From an uncultured Spirochaetota bacterium (GTDB lineage Bacteria; Spirochaetota; Brevinematia; Brevinematales; JAOACQ01): 64,000 bases of DNA. Location: positions 544,001 through 608,000 of the forward strand of contig CAWAOD010000009.1 in the NCBI GenBank assembly GCA_963783575.1, in the 5' to 3' direction. The position numbers were made by a program, and so were the translations under genes. Within the stretch, counting starts at the first letter, position 1, and each line of letters begins with the position of its first letter. The notes under the pieces were generated by a model, which was given only the letters and a program-made list of their open reading frames with translations, had not been told where the DNA came from and made no database searches. Positions 19,422 to 27,895 of the stretch are shown here, one piece after another.

Positions 19422-20273
19422 TCAGTTTCTTGTTTTGGGTTCAAGTATTAGCCCTTTTTCAATTGTTTCACCGTCCAGAATCCAGATCTGGTCGTTGGCT
19501 TGGCTTTCCAACTTAATTAGACGCCTTTTCGGGGATTTTTCAATATAAAAAATCATAGATTCGGTAAACTGCTTTAATAAAGCAGCAAGGAAAGGATCGG
19601 CGCATACCATGACAACTTTGTCAGTGTTAAAAACGCCGAGCGGAGTTTCTATCTTTTCTTCACCGATTTTGGTCAATGTTCCGATGACAGGTTCTTTTGT
19701 CGCCGGATTGAAAAGGTTAAATGCTCCTCCTCCGTCCCAGTTGAGAAGCCGTCCGCCCCAGAATACAAATGCGTCATAGTACCAGAGAGGGTATGATGTG
19801 TCGATATTTTTGGTTGTAAAACGCTGTTCCCTTGATTCATACCCGTCCCAAAAGCGGGCGACCGTCGTATAATTTGAACCAAATGTCATATCGTAGAAGT
19901 AAAGACCTTTGTTATCATTTTTATTTACAAATTCATCAGTATCATCCAGATGGTACTTTGTCATAGAAGCTGTATTAAGGTCAACGATGGCGTACCAGGT
20001 ATAATTGGTATAATTTGAAGGCCTTTTTTCCTTTGATGTGAAAATATAACGATTTAGATAGGCTTTAACCTTGTTTTTTGTGACAAACCGGGTGATCATA
20101 TTGAATTCCCCGTATTTTTCCCTGCCAATATAAATAGTATAATGAAGGTTTTCACCGTCCGGGATTTCCACATTGCTTCTCAATGTCATAGGATGTGTCT
20201 TTCCTGATACAATAGCGGCAAAGGCAGTGAATGCCAGTATTGAAAAAATCCTCAATAAAGATTTACTTTTCAT
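19422..20273 (-). CDS. Hypothetical exported protein, paralog 1 (DUF3108-like layout)
   Basis: Signal peptide from ATG 20273; shares GE.L.Y, WDGYE, KEP, TPLG.F, ADPFL and EKS..RRL with 30213-31067 and 31109-31966. Confidence 0.7.
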   Translation of the reverse strand: MKSKSLLRIFSILAFTAFAAIVSGKTHPMTLRSNVEIPDGENLHYTIYIGREKYGEFNMITRFVTKNKVKAYLNRYIFTSKEKRPSNYTNYTWYAIVDLNTASMTKYHLDDTDEFVNKNDNKGLYFYDMTFGSNYTTVARFWDGYESREQRFTTKNIDTSYPLWYYDAFVFWGGRLLNWDGGGAFNLFNPATKEPVIGTLTKIGEEKIETPLGVFNTDKVVMVCADPFLAALLKQFTESMIFYIEKSPKRRLIKLESQANDQIWILDGETIEKGLILEPKTRN

Positions 20274-20405
20274 AATAAACCTCTTTAAAACAAAATGCAA
20301 AAATTTCTTTTTGCTTCGGATAAATCATACAAACTTGCGGTAATTTTTTCAATAGGACTATCGCCTCAAAATACTTGAATATAATTGGGTAAATGGCCTT
20401 ATTTA

Positions 20406-21323
20406 TTATTCTCTTATTTTATTAATAAGACCGATTCGGTTCTTGATGTGTAATTTTTTATAAATATTGTAAATATGATTTTTTACAGTTTTTATGGAAA
20501 TAAATAGTTCCTGTGCTATAATTCCGCTTGTCTGGCCCCGTATTATCCTGAAAATTATCTCTTTTTCCCTTGATGAAATTTCATATTTCAGAAAGAAATT
20601 TTCTGGGATTTCAATAGGTAAAATCATTTCTGCCTTCAGACGCAATTCTTTTCTAATCAAAAAAATCAAACATAGATTATATAAAAGGTAATAAATCAGT
20701 ACAGGTATAGTGAGATTAGAATAAAAATTATAAAAAAGTGTTCGATTTAGATAAATTTCTCCTAAAAATCCTGGGATGATTATTCCTGAAATGCTGATTG
20801 TAAGCGTTATAAACCATTCAAAGGATGTAATTTTTGCACGGATGGACCAGAGAAGAACGGATAAATAAATGAACATAATTATCTCGGTTATCTGCAGGAT
20901 TAATTCATTTCTAAGAACTAAAGTTTTTAATGGTTTGAAAAATATTAACAAATAAGGAAGCAGATATACAGCTAGAGCTATTATCGCAACAGTTAGCGGA
21001 AAAATAAATATTTTTTTTCCCGGATCGTTTTTGAGTGAACGGATCAGTGTAATCTGGATAAAATAAATATAGAAAAATATAGTCAAGATATATATATAAT
21101 AATAAAGAGCTTTCAAATAGCTGATGTAAAAGAAAGGATAATTTATCCAGACATAATAAACAGCCATCATTAGCACCATAATAATAAAGAGAAAAATTGA
21201 AACAAAAACCTGGTCAAGAATCATTCTTACTTTTTTTTGAAGATAAGTAAAAAGGAGGACCCCGGTTATGGCAAACCCAATAATTATAGAAATGAGAAAT
21301 AAGACTAGAAGAATTATATTCAT
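20406..21323 (-). CDS. Membrane-anchored LuxR-family transcriptional regulator
   Basis: About 7 TM segments plus C-terminal ISSREKEII...IAQELFISIKTVKNHIYNIYKKL HTH. Confidence 0.9.
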   Translation of the reverse strand: MNIILLVLFLISIIIGFAITGVLLFTYLQKKVRMILDQVFVSIFLFIIMVLMMAVYYVWINYPFFYISYLKALYYYIYILTIFFYIYFIQITLIRSLKNDPGKKIFIFPLTVAIIALAVYLLPYLLIFFKPLKTLVLRNELILQITEIIMFIYLSVLLWSIRAKITSFEWFITLTISISGIIIPGFLGEIYLNRTLFYNFYSNLTIPVLIYYLLYNLCLIFLIRKELRLKAEMILPIEIPENFFLKYEISSREKEIIFRIIRGQTSGIIAQELFISIKTVKNHIYNIYKKLHIKNRIGLINKIRE

Positions 21324-21347
21324 TAATTTTCTCTGCTTATTATTTTA

Positions 21348-21489
21348 AATATGGGCAGTTCCAAAAACTCCGCATAAGTCACCCTAAGCTTGACGAATGG
21401 GTGACAAGTTTTGATGTAATTATAGTCATACTTCGTCAAGCTCAGTATGACACTTATGGCATAAATTAGTTTTTAGAACTGCTCATATT
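21348..21489. mobile_element. MITE-like element with 22-bp terminal inverted repeats enclosing an inverted REP-like hairpin pair
   Basis: aatatgggcagttccaaaaact (21348-21369) vs agtttttagaactgctcatatt (21468-21489), 20/22. Internal agcttgacgaa / ttcgtcaagct perfect inverted pair. Confidence 0.65.
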
Positions 21490-21545
21490 ATAATTGAAAT
21501 ACTGAAAAAGTGAAATCTAAATTGATTTGTAATTTTAATGTTGAA

Positions 21546-22688
21546 TCATGTTTTTTTGATCAATTCATCCAGGGCAATATCGGTACGGCTTTTACAGACT
21601 GTTACAAATGAAAAAACATACGCTGTGAATGAATCCGATCCAGGCTCCAGGGTTAATATATGCCTTTTAAGGTTTGAATTCTTTGTGATTTTATACATTC
21701 GAGCCTCGTCTATTAAAATATATGTTTTACCATTTGATTCGGTTTTAATATCTTCACCCCTGTCATCAATATCGACAGGCTTTGCGTCCTGATAAATATA
21801 AACTTTAAAGTTTGTTTCTCCGGCAGGTTTAATAACAAGATTTGCTTCTGCGGCTATATAATTCATTATAAGCTTACCGCTGCCTGGTGAACCGGAAAAT
21901 TTTACACTATCATACCGCGCATCCCATTTTCCATGAAGATAAAAATTATCAGGCAAAACTTTATTAGGTTGTTTATAATTAGCGGTATCGTCTTTTATGA
22001 ATCCATCGGCATTTCCAATAATACCCCGGCTATAGCCAAGATATGTTACAGGTGTGATACGGTAGCAAATTGCGCCCTCCTTATCTGCATTACGGATAGG
22101 CTCCATTATTTCGGGAAGATCGACTTTGGGATCTTTCTCCTGAAGAAGTTTCTGGATCATTGTCTCGACATTGCCGTAATTCCTTTCGCCATAAGATATG
22201 TAACGTAAAATCCCGTTTTTATCGAAAATATACTTTGCTGGCCAGGCATGATTTCTGAAGATATACCAAAAAATATAATCATTATCCATTACAACGGGAT
22301 AAAGGATCCCCATTTCACGGACAGCATTTACAATATTTTCCCTTTCCTCTCCGAATGAAAACTCCGGTGTATGAACTCCAATAATCATTAATCCTTTATC
22401 ACTATATCTCTTATACCACTCCTTCATATAAGGAATTGTACGAATAAAATTTATACTGGTATATTCCCAGAAATCGATCATTACGACCTTGCCTTTAAGA
22501 TTGCTGAGAACTTCCGGACTGCCATTTATCCAGGCGTTTGTTTCAAAATTGGGAAGTATAGGCATTGATATTTTATTTGAAAATAAATCCTCCGGATCAT
22601 ATCGTGAATCATTGGTTTTATTTTTGCCGTAACTTAACATTCCAAATGATATTATAAATAATATAATAGGTAATTTTAAAACCTTCAT
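21546..22688 (-). CDS. DipZ-like exported thioredoxin-fold protein (CxxC replaced by SxxF)
   Basis: WING...LKGKVVMIDFWEYTSINF, GVHTPEF, YPVVMDND, AWPAKY, plus DipZ-type C-terminal domain (YLGYSRG, AYVFSF). Confidence 0.85.
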   Translation of the reverse strand: MKVLKLPIILFIISFGMLSYGKNKTNDSRYDPEDLFSNKISMPILPNFETNAWINGSPEVLSNLKGKVVMIDFWEYTSINFIRTIPYMKEWYKRYSDKGLMIIGVHTPEFSFGEERENIVNAVREMGILYPVVMDNDYIFWYIFRNHAWPAKYIFDKNGILRYISYGERNYGNVETMIQKLLQEKDPKVDLPEIMEPIRNADKEGAICYRITPVTYLGYSRGIIGNADGFIKDDTANYKQPNKVLPDNFYLHGKWDARYDSVKFSGSPGSGKLIMNYIAAEANLVIKPAGETNFKVYIYQDAKPVDIDDRGEDIKTESNGKTYILIDEARMYKITKNSNLKRHILTLEPGSDSFTAYVFSFVTVCKSRTDIALDELIKKT

Positions 22689-22938
22689 GCTTTTGTCTTT
22701 TCCTAATAAATATTAATTAATAATAATCAATTAAAGTAATGTCGTCAATGAAAAAAATGAGGTGAGAATAAATTTAAAAAGCCATTCCTTTTCCTTTATG
22801 GATCGGAGTTTTAATAATTTTATTTCACTGCCTGATATAAACCACTTGACAATTTATTATGCCGTCTTATCATAATTATATTTAAAATCATCAATATGTA
22901 TGAAAAAATATATCAAATTATAATTCAGGAGATTAATT

Positions 22939-24771
22939 ATGAGGAAAATTTGTTTGCTGTTTTTTGTTATGTTTGTTATTTCAATATTCAGCGCTATCGG
23001 TGCGCAGGAAAGTATCGAAACAAGAGTTGAGTCGATACTTAATCAAATGACGATGGATGAAAAAGTTGGCCAGATGGTTCAAATTGAAAGGTCTGCGATT
23101 AGTGCGGCAGAAGTTGGAAATTATTTCATCGGTTCGGTATTAAGCGGTGGAAATGACGTGCCTGCCGGAATAACAGCCGAGAAGTTAGCAGATATGATTG
23201 ATCCTTACTTCAAGCAGGCCATGAACACAAGGCTTAAAATACCGCTTATTTACGGTATCGACTCCGTTCATGGATTTAGTTCTATAGTTGGAACAGTTGT
23301 TTTCCCTCATAATATAGGCATGGGCGCAACGCATAACCCCACACTTACAGAGAAAAAGGCTGTTATAACAGCCGATGAAACAGCAGCAACGGGAATACGC
23401 TGGGCTTTTGCGCCCTGCATCGCAGTTGTCCAGGACATACGATGGGGGAGGACATATGAAAGCTTTGGTGAAAACACGAAATTGGTTTCATCATTGGGAG
23501 CGGCTACTGTTAAAGGGCTTCAGGGAGAACTTACGAATTCATGGAATATTGCGGCATGCGCCAAGCATTATATCGGGGACGGCGCAACAGAATACGGAAC
23601 AGGGTCTTTCGGGGCGATTGACCAGGGGGACGCAAAAATCACGGAAGAAGTATTAAGAAATAAGTTTCTCCCGCCATACAGCGAAGCAGTTAAAGCCGGC
23701 GTTAAAACAATTATGGTTTCGTATTCCGGCTGGAATGGGGTTAAGATGCATATGCAGAAGTACCTGATTACAGATATTTTAAAAGGCGAATTAAAATTTC
23801 AGGGATTTGTTGTGTCCGATTATGACGCCCTTCTTGAATTACCGGGGAATTCCGCGGATCAAATAAACGCGTCGGTAAATGCCGGGATAGATATGTTTAT
23901 GCTTTCTAAAAATTACATGGATTTTATCAATACCGTGAAAGCCCTTGTCAAAGATGGAAAAATACCGGTTTCCAGGATTGATGATGCTGTCAGCCGTATC
24001 ATTAAGGTAAAGTTGGAAATGGGACTGTTTGAAAAACCCTTTGCCGATAAAAACCTTTTAAAGGATGTCGGATCTAAAGAGCACAGGGAAGCGGCGAGGG
24101 AATGCGTCAGAGAGTCGATGGTGCTGTTAAAGAATCAAAATGGGATTTTACCGCTGTCTAAAAAAGTGAGAAAGATTTTTGTGGCCGGAAAAAGCGCCGA
24201 CGATATCGGCAATCAGTGCGGAGGATGGACGGTAACCTGGCAGGGCGGCAGCGGTAATACAACATCCGGAACCACGATTCTGCAGGCAATTAAAAAAACA
24301 GTTGATTCCAGCACTAAGGTTGTTTATGATAAATCAGGGAATGGCGCCTCAGGAGCCGACGCGGCGATTGTTGTGGCCGGTGAAAAACCTTACGCTGAGT
24401 TTTTCGGGGATATTTACAAATCCAGCCCATCAGCTCTCTGGATTATAAATTATAGTAAATCACTAAAGCTTAGCGATGAAGACTTGCGGACTATAGATAA
24501 TGTTAAAAAAGCCGGTATTCCTCTTGTTATAATCCTGATATCGGGACGGCCTTTACTGATTAACGACGTTCTTGATAAGAGCGATGCCTTCATCGCCGCA
24601 TGGCTTCCGGGAACTGAAGGACAGGGTGTCGCGGATGTAATTTTCGGGGATTACAATCCTACAGGCAGGCTTTCATTTTCCTGGCCGAAGGATGAAAGCC
24701 AGATACCGGTTGGAAAAATAGATTCCGGAAACCAGCCGTTATTTCCATTCGGTTATGGGCTAAACTATTAA
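22939..24771 (+). CDS. Exported GH3 beta-glucosidase
   Basis: EKVGQM, GIDSVHG, FPHNIGMGA, RWGRTYES, AKHY, VSDY (nucleophile), AAWLPGTEG, FPFGYGL. Confidence 0.93.
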   Translation: MRKICLLFFVMFVISIFSAIGAQESIETRVESILNQMTMDEKVGQMVQIERSAISAAEVGNYFIGSVLSGGNDVPAGITAEKLADMIDPYFKQAMNTRLKIPLIYGIDSVHGFSSIVGTVVFPHNIGMGATHNPTLTEKKAVITADETAATGIRWAFAPCIAVVQDIRWGRTYESFGENTKLVSSLGAATVKGLQGELTNSWNIAACAKHYIGDGATEYGTGSFGAIDQGDAKITEEVLRNKFLPPYSEAVKAGVKTIMVSYSGWNGVKMHMQKYLITDILKGELKFQGFVVSDYDALLELPGNSADQINASVNAGIDMFMLSKNYMDFINTVKALVKDGKIPVSRIDDAVSRIIKVKLEMGLFEKPFADKNLLKDVGSKEHREAARECVRESMVLLKNQNGILPLSKKVRKIFVAGKSADDIGNQCGGWTVTWQGGSGNTTSGTTILQAIKKTVDSSTKVVYDKSGNGASGADAAIVVAGEKPYAEFFGDIYKSSPSALWIINYSKSLKLSDEDLRTIDNVKKAGIPLVIILISGRPLLINDVLDKSDAFIAAWLPGTEGQGVADVIFGDYNPTGRLSFSWPKDESQIPVGKIDSGNQPLFPFGYGLNY

Positions 24772-24857
24772 TTATTGATTTACAATGATTGCCTCAGAAA
24801 CAAGGAGTTTTATAAAGTGTCTCTGTGGCAAAAATATTATTTTAAACGGAGTTATCG

Positions 24858-26405
24858 ATGACTAAATATTTTACAAAAGAAAATTTGTTAAGTGAAAATG
24901 CCATTATCGCTTATTTTGTTTTGATCAAAATTATCATTACTTTATATCCGTATCAATACGGCATATTCCGTGATGTATTTTTGTATATTTCGATGAGTGA
25001 ACATCTTGGATTGGGTTATCTTGAAGTTCCACCAATTTCTCCATTTGTCCTCGCAATTGTGAGGTATTTTGTCGATACTTCATATTTTTCGATGCACATC
25101 ATTCAGGCAATCCTCGGTTCTGCATTTATCATAATTACCGCCTTAATGGCTAAAAAAATGGGCGGAGGTAAAATTGCCGTTCTGATAACCCTTGCCTGCA
25201 CCACGTTTGCACCCCAGTACATCGGCAGCGATGCAAATTTCGACTATAACACATTCAACAGGTTATTCTGGGCGCTGGCATTATATTCGATTTTGCTGTT
25301 ACTGGCATCAGAAAATAGAAAATACTGGATTTACTTCGGAATAGCCGCGGGATTCGGGCTTCTTTCGAAAATCACCATGCTTTACCTGGGTTTCGGGCTT
25401 TTTCTGGCTTTTTTAGCGGCCAGGGACAGGAAATATTTATTCGATAAAAGGTTTATTTTCGGAGGTTTGATTGCCCTCGCCATATTTCTTCCGTTTATTT
25501 TGTGGCAGGCTTATTACGGCTTTCCCATTATCGAATATTTAGCAAACTATAAAACCAAGCTTTACCAGGCATCCCCGCTGGAATATTTTACATCACAGAT
25601 AATTAATATGAATCTTTTTTCAATCCTTGTATGGATACCGGGATTATACTATTTTTTATTCAATAAAGAAGGTAAAAAATACCGGGTCTTCGGCCTGGGA
25701 TATATCATTATCGCGGCAATTTTTGTTATTCAGAAAGCGAAATATTACCTGATCGATCCTTATTATTCGGTATTGTTTGCAGGCGGGGCGGTTTACTTAA
25801 CAGGGATAATTGAAAAATATAAAATGGAGTGGCTTAAGCAACCCCTGATTTACTCAGTAATAATATGCGGCGTGGTATCGATACCCCTGGCACGGCCCAT
25901 CCTTCCACCGGAAGTTTATATCAAATATTCCCGGGCAATAGGGATAGGAAACGGTGTGTCAAAAGGTGAAATTTACAAAACAAGCGATCTTCCCCAATAT
26001 TTTGCCGACCAGTTCGGCTGGGAGGAAATGGCGCAGAAAGTTGCCGGAGTTTATCAGTCGCTTAGTAATGAAGATAAAAAGAAGGCCTGCATTTACGCAA
26101 GGAATTACGGCGAAGCCGGGGCGCTGCATTATTACAGGCAGAAATACGGTTATCCCGATCCTATCTGCAGCCATAACATCTTTTATTTCTGGGGGCCGGG
26201 TAATTATACCGGCGAGATTGTAATAGTGGTCGGAATATATGAAAAGGATAAAGACACTCTTGTACAAAATTTTGACAGCGTGACGGAGGCGGACAGGATT
26301 TACAATAAATACGCCATGCCGCAGGAGAATAATCCCGTTTATCTATGCAAGGGACTGCATGGAAATTTGAAGGAGTTCTGGAAGAAAATAAAACTTTTTA
26401 TTTGA
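24858..26405 (+). CDS. GT-C membrane glycosyltransferase (GT39/ArnT PMT_2-like)
   Basis: FRDVFLY, GYLEVPP, GLLSKIT, ILWQ, ADQFGWEE, NYGEAGA, FWGP; many TMs. Confidence 0.82.
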   Translation: MTKYFTKENLLSENAIIAYFVLIKIIITLYPYQYGIFRDVFLYISMSEHLGLGYLEVPPISPFVLAIVRYFVDTSYFSMHIIQAILGSAFIIITALMAKKMGGGKIAVLITLACTTFAPQYIGSDANFDYNTFNRLFWALALYSILLLLASENRKYWIYFGIAAGFGLLSKITMLYLGFGLFLAFLAARDRKYLFDKRFIFGGLIALAIFLPFILWQAYYGFPIIEYLANYKTKLYQASPLEYFTSQIINMNLFSILVWIPGLYYFLFNKEGKKYRVFGLGYIIIAAIFVIQKAKYYLIDPYYSVLFAGGAVYLTGIIEKYKMEWLKQPLIYSVIICGVVSIPLARPILPPEVYIKYSRAIGIGNGVSKGEIYKTSDLPQYFADQFGWEEMAQKVAGVYQSLSNEDKKKACIYARNYGEAGALHYYRQKYGYPDPICSHNIFYFWGPGNYTGEIVIVVGIYEKDKDTLVQNFDSVTEADRIYNKYAMPQENNPVYLCKGLHGNLKEFWKKIKLFI

Positions 26406-26442
26406 TGTATTATCCTATTAAAATGAAAATGGAGGCTAAAAA

Positions 26443-27006
26443 ATGAAAGTTTTAGGTTTAATGGGAAGTCCGCGGAAAAATGGAAACACTTTTACCTTTC
26501 TTAACCGGGCTCTTGAAGGGGCCAGAGAAACCGGCGCGGATACGGATATTATTTTTGTGAATGATTTAAATATCCGCGGATGCCAGCGCTGTAATGCGCA
26601 TTTTCAGACTGGACAATGCATATTAAAAGACGACATGCGGCAGGTTTATGAAAAGATAAACAAATCGGATGTTATTATTTTCGCTTCCCCCAATTATCTG
26701 GGACAGATGACCGGCCAGTTGAAAATTGTTTATGATAGATTATATGCTTATACCGGAAAAGATGATAAAATAACATTATATAATCCAAAGGATAAAAAAG
26801 CAGGGCTTATTATGCCCCAGCGACAGCCGGATACTTCGGCTTATTCAAATTATGTCAAAATTGTAATGTATTATTTAAACCTGTATTTTGCCGGCAGGTC
26901 AAAAATCCTGATTGGTTCGGGATTGAGAGACGCGGGCGATGCGGCACGGAATACTGGATTTATGGAATCCGCTTACAACTTTGGAAAAGAATTGGCGCAG
27001 AGTTAA
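26443..27006 (+). CDS. Iron-sulfur flavoprotein / NADPH-dependent FMN reductase (flavodoxin family)
   Basis: GSPRKNGNT, GCQRC...C..KDDM, ASPNY, DR. Confidence 0.88.
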   Translation: MKVLGLMGSPRKNGNTFTFLNRALEGARETGADTDIIFVNDLNIRGCQRCNAHFQTGQCILKDDMRQVYEKINKSDVIIFASPNYLGQMTGQLKIVYDRLYAYTGKDDKITLYNPKDKKAGLIMPQRQPDTSAYSNYVKIVMYYLNLYFAGRSKILIGSGLRDAGDAARNTGFMESAYNFGKELAQS

Positions 27007-27045
27007 AAAAGTTTCCGGCTGCTTCTTCCGGAAAGGAGAAAAACA

Positions 27046-27396
27046 ATGTCATCCGATAAAAGTTTTGTTGATTTCCTGGTCGATCAAATGGGAAATAAAG
27101 GTACAATAACCAGTAAAAAAATGTTTGGCGAATATGCGATTTATTATGACGGTAAGGTTGTCGCGCTTGTTAGCGATAACCAGCTTTTTGTAAAGCCTAC
27201 GGAAGGCGGAAGATCATTTATCGGGAACGTTGTTGAGGCTCCGGCTTACCCTGGAGCGAAAAAGAGCTTTCTGATTGAAGACAAATTCGAAGACAGTGAA
27301 TGGATAAGCCAATTAATAAGAATAACCGCTGATGAACTTCCGGATCCTAAACCAAAAAAGGGATATTCATCCAGGAGAAAAAGTGAATATTTTTGA
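27046..27396 (+). CDS. TfoX/Sxy family protein
   Basis: KKMFGEYAIY, DNQLFVKPT, PAYPGAK. Confidence 0.88.
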   Translation: MSSDKSFVDFLVDQMGNKGTITSKKMFGEYAIYYDGKVVALVSDNQLFVKPTEGGRSFIGNVVEAPAYPGAKKSFLIEDKFEDSEWISQLIRITADELPDPKPKKGYSSRRKSEYF

Positions 27397-27877
27397 AGCC
27401 GCTTATACAGGCGATTTAAGCATGATAAAGAATTATATAAAATACGGCGGAAATATTAACGAAACCAATATTACCGGCAGCACACTTTTAATGGTGGCGG
27501 CTACATACGGGCAGTCTGAAACCGTTAAAATCCTTATAGGCGCGGGCGCTAATGTTAACGCCGTTAACTATGACGGTATGACTGCCTTAATGTGGGCAAT
27601 GTCATTAATGGGAAACCTTGATACTGTGAAACTTTTAATCGGAGCCGGGGCCGATGTTAACGCGAAATATATCACAAGCAATATGGCCGGTACAACGGCT
27701 TTAATGCTTGCGGCAGGATCAGGTTCGGCAGATATTGTAGAATTGCTTATCGAAGCGGGAGCAGATATAAACGCAAGGGATAATGAGGGTAAAACCGCTT
27801 TAGGCCGGGCTTCTGAATTCGGCCATACCGGTATAGTAAATATGTTGAAAGAAGCAGGTGCAGAAGACAAAAATTAA
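27383..27877 (+). CDS. Ankyrin repeat protein
   Basis: Repeated TALMxAA...LI.AGA.VNA units; GTG start at 27383 after aggag. Confidence 0.9.
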   Translation: MNIFEAAYTGDLSMIKNYIKYGGNINETNITGSTLLMVAATYGQSETVKILIGAGANVNAVNYDGMTALMWAMSLMGNLDTVKLLIGAGADVNAKYITSNMAGTTALMLAAGSGSADIVELLIEAGADINARDNEGKTALGRASEFGHTGIVNMLKEAGAEDKN

Positions 27878-27895
27878 TAAAAGAAATTCACAGGA

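Noticed and set aside
20350..20402. Possible LuxR sites (aggactatcgcct, gggtaaatggcct) upstream of paralog 1
   Set aside because: Symmetry too weak and not clearly repeated upstream of paralogs 2 and 3.
24790..24832. Imperfect inverted repeat tgcctcagaaaca...tgtctctgtggca after GH3
   Set aside because: Degenerate and single in the window; cannot separate a REP remnant from a weak terminator.
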